Below, in pieces: positions 56,579-64,000 of a stretch of 64,000 bases of DNA (positions are counted from its first letter, which is position 1; each line of letters begins with the position of its first letter). The notes below the pieces were generated by a model. It had not been told where the DNA came from. It saw only the letters and a program-made list of their open reading frames with translations, and did no database searches. The position numbers and the translations under genes were made by a program. Source of the DNA: a virus. The DNA is taken from positions 46,368 through 110,367 of the IMG/VR virus record IMGVR_UViG_3300044614_002617; one strand, given 5' to 3'.

Positions 56579-59500
56579 GTTCCATCAACGGAACAATTCT
56601 CTTTACGTCTGGAAAATATTTTCCATTCCATAACTTAGGCGTCAACAGAACCATAACAATCTTCTTTGTTTTAAGGTGCTCTTCATATTTGGCTACTGAA
56701 GAGCCAAATACGTTAATTCCCTCTATCTTATCTGTGCCAGTATCTAAAGTAAAACTCAAGTAATTATTTCCCGCTTTTGATAACTTGGTTTCTACTTTTG
56801 TGATGATTCCGACAACTCCTGCAAGGATTCTGGGTTCTTGTGTATAAGAAATGTATCTTCTGGCATTGTCGGAAGACTCAATTACTTTTGACCACGATTC
56901 AATAATGTCCATGCGAGGCGCCCTTATCCCGCCTTCCGTATTCTTGGCGTCCGTTGGTTTAAATTCAATTGGACGAGTAAATAAAATATTATCATCAACG
57001 TCTCCTTCTTGAAATCCAAACTTTTCAACAATTGTTTTGCTAATGTCTTTTAGTAACGCAACGCTATAAGTGTAAATAGGATTATTTTCAGAGCGCCACA
57101 AAGACAAGGTAAACTCATCCTCAATCATAGAAAGCGTAACTGTTTGAGTTCTTTTGAGCTTTCCGCCAGTTGACTTAGACTGCATGGCATCGCGTAATTG
57201 GGAAGCGTGAATGATTATATTTTTAGTATCATCTGTCTGTAGGGGTAAGATCTCTTTAAAAGCTCCCGCATAAAGAAGATTAACCACGGCCGCTGCCGTA
57301 AAGTGAGTTCTTTGTTTGGCTTTTTTTGAGTCGGCCAACGCCAATAGGAGACTGCCCCATTGATGGTCGGGATTAGACATGTCTACATGTTCACGAACAA
57401 ACTCGCCAACTGCCTTGGCGGCCTCAACGCCAACGCCTTTAATCATAGCTAACGGAGCGCGAATCTTGTCGCCCTCTACAATCCATTCGTGAGAGTGGGA
57501 GTGTAGAACAGAAGGCTGAAGAACATACTCGCGGCATTCAGACAAGAAAGCCAGAATTTTTTCTTCTTTTCCACGATTTACCGTGAGCTTGCCGAGCCAG
57601 TAATAGGCAGGATAGTAGCACTTAATCACCGCCTCGATATAAGCAATGACGCCGTAACTTGCGCTATGGCTTTTGTTAAAGCTATATCGTGCGCTTGCAA
57701 CCACAGTATCAACCAATCGCTGAGCCTGCTCTTCAGTCCAGCCCCTACGAATAGCTGCTTGTTTAAGATCGTCGCACAGCGAATCCATTAATTTTTTATC
57801 TTTTTTGCCAGTAGCTCGTCGCCAATCATCGGCTTGCTGATCGTTTAGTCCAAGAATCAATTTGGCAATTGCCATGAGTTGCTCTTGATAAACAAGCACT
57901 CCATACGTTTCGGATAGGATTGGTTCTAACTCAGGATGGACGTAATAAGCAGATTTACGATTATTAGAACATTCAACATAATAATCAGCGGCAGTAAGAA
58001 TACTCCCGTCAGGAGCAGGAGCGTCAAGAGCGCCCGGACGACACAAAGCAATAAGGGCAGCCAAGTCCTTAATATTTTTTGGCGGAGCTTTTTTAATAAA
58101 GGGAGCAACGGCTCCACCACTAATCTGAAAAATACCGGAAATTTTGTTCTGATGAATGACATCTGCAAAAACCTTGTCATCATGCTCTGGCTGCTTCCAG
58201 TCAAATACGACGCCCAGATTTTCTTGTACCGCCTTAAAGCTATGCGACAAGCTTTCAAGAGTTTTAACACCGAGAAAATCGAATTTAACGCCGCCAACAT
58301 ATTCTACCCATTTCATTGTATAGGCTGTCGCCAACTGGTCATTGACTTTTGTTAGAGGGATGACGCTTTGAATTGGCACTGGAGTAATTACAACTCCGCC
58401 TGCATGGACACCACGAGCTTTGGGGATACCTGAGCAAGCCAAGACAACTTCCCAAATTTCTTTTTCTTCTTCAATGTATTTTTTAAATTTTTCAGCAGCT
58501 TGCGTGCCATTTTCTAAAAAGCCTTGCACGTGTTCGCCCGTAGACTCATCCTCGTATCCAAACAAGAAGTGCATATCGGACACACCCTGCGGTACGAAAG
58601 GCATATCGTCTAGCACGTCTTCTGTAGATGATCGTACCTTACCAAAAATCCACCTTTCGACTTCGCGGATAGTCAGCTTGAGGCGCATAGCCACGTCTGT
58701 CGAAATCAAAGCCATATTGTCTTTATACTTAGCCTTTAAGTAATCAAGACACACTTCACGAATAGAGATATCAAGGTCAATATCAGGAAATGATCCGCCT
58801 TTAACGCGACCTTCATTTAAGAAACGTGAAAATGGCAGCTTCCACTCAATGGGGTCAATAATAGAAATGCCAATCAAATAGAGCACTAAGGAGCTGCAAC
58901 CAGAACCACGGGGGTTGGCCAAGTAACCACGCTCACGCATAGCTATACAAACATCATGTACCGTAAACACATATGGTAGAAAATCGTAACCCAACTGAGT
59001 GAGAACACGAATCTCTTCTTTAAGGCGTTCTGAATAAATAGCGATTTTTTCTGGATCTTTAGGAAACCGTCCCGTTTGGACAATTAATTTTTTAAGATGC
59101 TGAACAGATGAGGTATCCGAAGAGACGTTATAGACGGATTCCATCGTAGGAAGTAAATGTCTGTTTTTACTTGTAAAAAACTTATAATCCTTAAATTGTT
59201 CAAAAATTTTATATGAGTTGTCTACCCATTCTTCGATATCTCTTGTTGTAATGTCGGGCATTTGCTTCATGAGTGAATCTGCCCAAACCTCTGTTGGTTC
59301 TAATGAGTATGAGCAACTAAAACGCCAGTTATCGCCAAGACGAACATCTTGAACGACTTTATGTTCTTTGACGGCAATATGAGCATCTTCTGAGATAACA
59401 ACAGGATCTTTATACTTACGCGCCATCTGAACCATAAACTGATTACTGGCTTTTTGAAGATCAATAGGCAGGCCACATTCATCTAAATCATTTGGAACAA

Positions 59501-60158
59501 ACATACCCGACTTGATAATTTCTTTTGAAACTTTGTCGTACTCTGGCCTAATCCACTTTTGGTCTAGAATATGAGGCATAACTTCTACAAAGAATGACTC
59601 CGGATCTACGATAGAACGAATTTGCTGATAAATTTGTTCTGCGAGTTCAGGATTACCAGACTTAAGTGCTTTGGAAACAGCCGACCCGTAGCAGCCGCTA
59701 CCCAAAACAATCTCACTTCCAATCTCTTGCAGCTCTTCCCAAGTTAACAATGGCTTCATGTCGCCATACTTAATCAAAGCGCGTTCGTGGGCAATAGGGG
59801 TGAGCGAAGAAAAATATTCGTATGCTTTTTGTGTCTTAAACAAAACAGTCATATGACAAGTAGCTGGCTCTTCTTTGCCGTTTTTATAAATCTTTGGTGG
59901 TTCCCAAGGAGACATAAGATAAATTTCGATGCCGTGGATGGGCGTTAAGCCGGCCTTCATTGATTCTTCGTACAATTCAGCTAAACCGCCCATTTGTCCA
60001 TGGTCTGTCAACGTGGCAGACTTACGCCCAAGTTCTTTCGACCGCTTGACAAGAGCCTTGACTGAAGACCCCCCATCAAGAGATGCTTGGGCGCTGTGGC
60101 AGTGAAAACACATGCACAGCGAACGGTATTTGGGCTTATTGGGCACCAAGATGTCCAT
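56568..60158 (-). CDS. dnaE: DNA polymerase III alpha subunit
   Basis: PHP domain (HCHS, TDHG, GIE), RGSG, FPDIDLD, HAGGVVI, KFDFLG, VYQEQ, YSFNKSHS. Confidence 0.95.
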   Translation of the reverse strand: MDILVPNKPKYRSLCMCFHCHSAQASLDGGSSVKALVKRSKELGRKSATLTDHGQMGGLAELYEESMKAGLTPIHGIEIYLMSPWEPPKIYKNGKEEPATCHMTVLFKTQKAYEYFSSLTPIAHERALIKYGDMKPLLTWEELQEIGSEIVLGSGCYGSAVSKALKSGNPELAEQIYQQIRSIVDPESFFVEVMPHILDQKWIRPEYDKVSKEIIKSGMFVPNDLDECGLPIDLQKASNQFMVQMARKYKDPVVISEDAHIAVKEHKVVQDVRLGDNWRFSCSYSLEPTEVWADSLMKQMPDITTRDIEEWVDNSYKIFEQFKDYKFFTSKNRHLLPTMESVYNVSSDTSSVQHLKKLIVQTGRFPKDPEKIAIYSERLKEEIRVLTQLGYDFLPYVFTVHDVCIAMRERGYLANPRGSGCSSLVLYLIGISIIDPIEWKLPFSRFLNEGRVKGGSFPDIDLDISIREVCLDYLKAKYKDNMALISTDVAMRLKLTIREVERWIFGKVRSSTEDVLDDMPFVPQGVSDMHFLFGYEDESTGEHVQGFLENGTQAAEKFKKYIEEEKEIWEVVLACSGIPKARGVHAGGVVITPVPIQSVIPLTKVNDQLATAYTMKWVEYVGGVKFDFLGVKTLESLSHSFKAVQENLGVVFDWKQPEHDDKVFADVIHQNKISGIFQISGGAVAPFIKKAPPKNIKDLAALIALCRPGALDAPAPDGSILTAADYYVECSNNRKSAYYVHPELEPILSETYGVLVYQEQLMAIAKLILGLNDQQADDWRRATGKKDKKLMDSLCDDLKQAAIRRGWTEEQAQRLVDTVVASARYSFNKSHSASYGVIAYIEAVIKCYYPAYYWLGKLTVNRGKEEKILAFLSECREYVLQPSVLHSHSHEWIVEGDKIRAPLAMIKGVGVEAAKAVGEFVREHVDMSNPDHQWGSLLLALADSKKAKQRTHFTAAAVVNLLYAGAFKEILPLQTDDTKNIIIHASQLRDAMQSKSTGGKLKRTQTVTLSMIEDEFTLSLWRSENNPIYTYSVALLKDISKTIVEKFGFQEGDVDDNILFTRPIEFKPTDAKNTEGGIRAPRMDIIESWSKVIESSDNARRYISYTQEPRILAGVVGIITKVETKLSKAGNNYLSFTLDTGTDKIEGINVFGSSVAKYEEHLKTKKIVMVLLTPKLWNGKYFPDVKRIVPLMELKL

Positions 60159-60163
60159 GCTTA

Positions 60164-60496
60164 TTACTCTTTGTGACTGAGTTTTTTATTGATTCTGCTG
60201 AGTGCATCTTCTGCCACTTCTTCTGAAACATCATTCAAGAAGCTGACTACACGCTCCATATCATGAGCATGATAAGACATCAAGTGCATTGCAAGATTTT
60301 TTACTGCGTCGGAACAACTTAAAACCATGGCTACGTTACTCAAATCTTCCGCAGTAACCGAAAAGGTTGTCTTTAGTCCTGCCTTTTCGGAAACAAGCCA
60401 GCCTGCGCCCTCATCATCCATTTGAACGGACAACGGTGAATCAGCCGTAGGGCGTACAACATCAAAATGTGGCATTTTGTGCAAAGTGGTCTTCAT
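60164..60496 (-). CDS. Hypothetical protein
   Basis: GGAGGA RBS. Confidence 0.65.
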   Translation of the reverse strand: MKTTLHKMPHFDVVRPTADSPLSVQMDDEGAGWLVSEKAGLKTTFSVTAEDLSNVAMVLSCSDAVKNLAMHLMSYHAHDMERVVSFLNDVSEEVAEDALSRINKKLSHKE

Positions 60497-60507
60497 AAAA
60501 TCCTCCG

Positions 60508-62679
60508 TTAAATGTAAATAACTTCATCAAACAAACCGTCATCCAGTCCATGCTCAACAATAATTACAAGCTTCCTGCCCGATACACTACGCAAACTCTC
60601 AATGCAATCGTTCTTCAGCTCAGTATGCGCTCCAGCAAAGGCTTCGTCAAGCAAAAGTATGGGACTGTTAAACAAGTCCGATAAAGCCAACTGGAACGCC
60701 AACATCGCACGGTTCTGCTCTCCTCCTGAAAGCTGGTCAAGACTATCATACTCCATCCCTTTATGGAATACTGATACGCTCATCTTTGCACGTACACTGT
60801 CGTCTTTGTTGAGACGAACATTGTTGAGTGTAATTACTGTACCCTGATTCGGAAACAGCAATTCAGTGTACACTTTGGCGTGCTGGTTGATAGCATTCAA
60901 AATATCTGCTATCGACTGAGTTGCCGCAGTATCACTCAACTCTTTTAGTTTCAGGACATTCTTGAGTTTAAACTCGTTCGATGTTTGCTGCTGGAGCATA
61001 TCATCGTATTTGTCCTGCGCCTCCTTAGCCTTCTTACTATACCTTTCGACATCTTGTTCGGATTGCTTTAGATGTATTTCGTAAATATCATCCATCTCAG
61101 CACTTTTTATAGATTCTGCCATCTCTCCGAGGTCTGCGTCGAGCCTCTGACCAAGAAACAATAGTTTTGCAACTTTATGAGCGAGAGTTTCTATTAATGT
61201 TTTAGTTTCTTCTTTCTTTTGTTTTTTGGTAGCCAAGTCTTTTTCTAAATTAACAATTTTTTCTGTAGACTCTTTAATTCTATCTTGAATAATAGGCAGT
61301 TTGATATTATATGCAGTTACTAAACTGTTAATATTTTTAATCTTTTCTTCAAACTGCCTAAGTTGTTCATGGGTTTGAGCTGCGGGCAGTGGCGTTTCGC
61401 CTAACTCAGATGTTTGTTCCATTAAGCTTTTTAGTTCTTTTTGCAAATGCAATAGGGAGATGTGTTCATCATCTAGTTTGTCGCGTAATTTTTTAGCCAC
61501 TTCGCGTTCTTTATTGAGTTCAGAAGGAGAATGACCATTATAATCGTTTGATTTTATTAAATAATTACCAGATATAGAAACAAGTTCACTACAATGAGGA
61601 CACGGCATCCCTTCAGCGCTCAATTCCGCTTGATATATCTGATGATTGAGTGATTCAATTTTTCTTTTTTGTTCAAAAATTTTTGTTGATAAATCATCAA
61701 TAGTTTTTTGAATAGTCTCAATATCGCCATGTTTGGTAACAATCTCTTGTATTTTTTGCAACTTTTTAACAGACTCTTCTGACCTTGTAAGCCAGATAGT
61801 CTGGGCACGAATCAGCTCGTCGGCTGCTTTAATCTTTTCTGGAGTGTATTTTGAGTCAGGAACCACCAAAGATTCTAAATCTTTATTATTTGATTCTAAG
61901 TTCTTCCGCTCTTCTTTTAGCTCAGCGGTTATGGATTCAATTGACTCTTTTAGCTGGTCAAGCAAGTTATCAGCTTTACCTAACTCATTTTGCTTGTTTT
62001 GGTAAGCATGGTTTGTGTTCTTGTATTCTGTTGTCAGCTCTTTTGCTTTTTTTAGGATAACCGCTCTTTCGTCGGAAGTGTAACGAGGGCGCGGAGCCTC
62101 ATTCATGCGCTGCTTGGCTTGCTCTAGGTCGTTTTGTGCCGACTTGACCATTTCAGCCAATAGAGATACTTGGCCTGCATTAACTTCAATCTTGTTTTCT
62201 GTCTCTTTAATCAAAGCAGCAATCTTTAGCTTATGTGCTTCTGGGTCTTCGTTACCGAAAGCAATTTTCTGAACAAACCGCAATTGGTCTGCTGCTGTAT
62301 ACGACAACAGCGACCCTTTAAGTTTTTGCTTAATGTATGAACATGATTGGAATATCTCAGCGTTCATGTTCAGTATACTGTCAATAAAAGCCTGTGCAGC
62401 TTCGTTTTCGTACCCATTAGATTCAACTAACAGCCGGTTGGGTGAATTCTGGCGAGTAATGACCTGACCGTTTGATTCAATAGTCACTATTGGCTTCTTG
62501 GAGCCAGTCAAAGGCTTGATACCCTTGACGAGGGCATCTCCGTATAGTCCCCATACCAAAGACTCAATGACGGTACTCTTACCAGTACCCGAATCTCCGG
62601 CAATACGGACAAGGCCCGTTTCAGGCAATTCAATGTCTTTCTCGTCTATTGACCTGAAATTCTTTATTTTAAGTTTCAT
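60508..62679 (-). CDS. SbcC/Rad50 (gp46-like) ATPase
   Basis: GDSGTGKS, coiled coil with CPHC zinc hook, LSGGE, LLLDE, EH. Confidence 0.92.
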   Translation of the reverse strand: MKLKIKNFRSIDEKDIELPETGLVRIAGDSGTGKSTVIESLVWGLYGDALVKGIKPLTGSKKPIVTIESNGQVITRQNSPNRLLVESNGYENEAAQAFIDSILNMNAEIFQSCSYIKQKLKGSLLSYTAADQLRFVQKIAFGNEDPEAHKLKIAALIKETENKIEVNAGQVSLLAEMVKSAQNDLEQAKQRMNEAPRPRYTSDERAVILKKAKELTTEYKNTNHAYQNKQNELGKADNLLDQLKESIESITAELKEERKNLESNNKDLESLVVPDSKYTPEKIKAADELIRAQTIWLTRSEESVKKLQKIQEIVTKHGDIETIQKTIDDLSTKIFEQKRKIESLNHQIYQAELSAEGMPCPHCSELVSISGNYLIKSNDYNGHSPSELNKEREVAKKLRDKLDDEHISLLHLQKELKSLMEQTSELGETPLPAAQTHEQLRQFEEKIKNINSLVTAYNIKLPIIQDRIKESTEKIVNLEKDLATKKQKKEETKTLIETLAHKVAKLLFLGQRLDADLGEMAESIKSAEMDDIYEIHLKQSEQDVERYSKKAKEAQDKYDDMLQQQTSNEFKLKNVLKLKELSDTAATQSIADILNAINQHAKVYTELLFPNQGTVITLNNVRLNKDDSVRAKMSVSVFHKGMEYDSLDQLSGGEQNRAMLAFQLALSDLFNSPILLLDEAFAGAHTELKNDCIESLRSVSGRKLVIIVEHGLDDGLFDEVIYI

Positions 62680-62708
62680 AATATTCCTAAAATAACAAAA
62701 AATATGTT

Positions 62709-63674
62709 TTAAGATAAAACTTGATTAAACACCTTCATCAGCTCTTCGTCAGTTCCTACCATTTCCTTTAGCAATTCCAAATAAGTCTTTTTGTTTACTT
62801 GGAGCTGTTCTTTCTGCTTGTTGGTTGGTGATAGTATCATTTTAATGTTATTTGCTACAAGTTTTAAATATGCTTGGGTTTTTCTAAACGCAGTCAAATC
62901 TGCAGACTCACCTTCGACTATCAACCTAACATGAGTGTTGGCTGGTGGTTTATATCCTTTAACATCTTCTACGCTCAAAGTTAATGTTAGCTTTTTGGGC
63001 ATTTCAGTATCTATCCGCGTATGACATACTGTGTCGCCAAACTCAAATAGACTGATGGCTTTTTCGTCTGTTTCTGCAAACGTAGTCATATAAGGAGTGC
63101 CAACATAACAGATATTCTTCTGTAACCACTGGTGCTCGTGAATGTGGCCACTAATGACTAGGGGGAAGTCTTCAGGCCATTTATCGCCATGCTCCATCTT
63201 GATACCGTTTAGCTCTACTCCGTAGAAGTCTTGGTGGCACAAAATCGCCTTAGCGCTCTTCCAGCCTTCATGAGTATCAAGAGCCTCTACAAACCTCCCC
63301 GGAGGTACGTAAGGCATCATGACTAGCCCATACTGCTCAACTACCCTATCAACCACCATAACGCGCTCTAGACCGTTAAATGCCTTTAAGAAATGGTTGT
63401 CTGATAGAAACTGAGAATTGTTGACGTAGTCGTGGTTACCAACAAGAACATAGACTGGACAGATTGAGCCTATTTCTTTTAGCAACTTAAGCACTTGATT
63501 GAATGGCTGAACATATGTTGTTCCATGGTTGTGAAGCAAATCACCCATAAAAACGACAATATTGGGAGCTGTGTCCCAAACTTTTTTCTTTAGTTTTTCA
63601 ATCAGTAGGTCGTTTTCAGCAATAGATGCGTGCCTAAAGTGAATATCTCCAACGCATAAAACTTTTAAAATCAT
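62709..63674 (-). CDS. SbcD/Mre11 (gp47-like) nuclease
   Basis: GDIH, GD, GNHD, HQ, SGHIH. Confidence 0.92.
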   Translation of the reverse strand: MILKVLCVGDIHFRHASIAENDLLIEKLKKKVWDTAPNIVVFMGDLLHNHGTTYVQPFNQVLKLLKEIGSICPVYVLVGNHDYVNNSQFLSDNHFLKAFNGLERVMVVDRVVEQYGLVMMPYVPPGRFVEALDTHEGWKSAKAILCHQDFYGVELNGIKMEHGDKWPEDFPLVISGHIHEHQWLQKNICYVGTPYMTTFAETDEKAISLFEFGDTVCHTRIDTEMPKKLTLTLSVEDVKGYKPPANTHVRLIVEGESADLTAFRKTQAYLKLVANNIKMILSPTNKQKEQLQVNKKTYLELLKEMVGTDEELMKVFNQVLS

Positions 63675-64000
63675 TTTGATTTACCTGCCCATGTTTTAAA
63701 TCTTTTAATTGTTTCAGCTTTGGTAATAGGCTTTTTACAGCTGCTCATTAGTGGGCAAGTTTCATCATGCTCAATTCCAAAAGCCGTATGAAGCACCTCA
63801 TGTGCGACTATAGCAAAAAGCGCTTCGTGTGAATGATTCATAATAGCGCCCTCGGTGATCCAAATTGCTTTGATTTCCATATGAGCTACGCCAAGGCACC
63901 GTCCATTTACATCGTCTTCCGTTACGCGAACATAGATGCGCGGAAATCGTTTTATTTTTTTTTAATTCGTAAATACACTCCATAACCTTGTAACGTAATC
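63671..64000 (-). CDS. Zinc metallopeptidase-like protein, apparently frameshifted at an A9 run; 5' end possibly outside window
   Basis: HEVLHTAFGIEH...LM; this frame opens just after the A9 run (63955-63963) while the neighbouring frame is open from the window edge. Confidence 0.55.

Noticed and set aside
56568-60158. Intein or intron in DnaE
   Set aside because: Length is normal, motifs are contiguous, and no splice-junction or LAGLIDADG signature was seen.

Overview
The whole window reads as a 64-kb segment of a large lytic tailed-phage genome (standard genetic code, about 40% GC by eye). I saw no tRNA, rRNA, CRISPR array, integrase or IS element. Layout: (1) 1-4.5 kb: truncated GT9-like glycosyltransferase, SF2 helicase, HK97-type prohead protease and an AP2-domain protein. 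(2) 4.6-37.9 kb (+): an unusually large cluster of about 20 fibre, adhesin and chaperone genes (C1q-like heads, two Gly-rich adhesins, a six-repeat propeller, tail collar, S74-chaperoned fibre, three coiled-coil fibres, a Kelch-cadherin protein), interrupted by an island of small genes at 15.3-18.1 kb. (3) 38.0-43.4 kb (+): proteins carrying HExxH, GNAT, ART-like, kinase and Nudix domains separated by a recurring [LIF]-x-K-[SAG] motif. (4) Lysozyme plus a spanin-like gene. (5) 46.9-64 kb (-): replication and recombination genes (RecA/UvsX, SSB, RuvC-like, primase, helicase, DnaE, SbcCD). Best leads: a putative prohead-protease-processed effector polyprotein system; four sigma-28 (FliA)-type promoters with an exact 11-bp spacer; a thrice-repeated adaptor/adhesin/partner receptor-binding cassette; a possible inverted one-component spanin; and two exported ClpP-like proteases. 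All family calls come from motif recognition by eye, not database searches.
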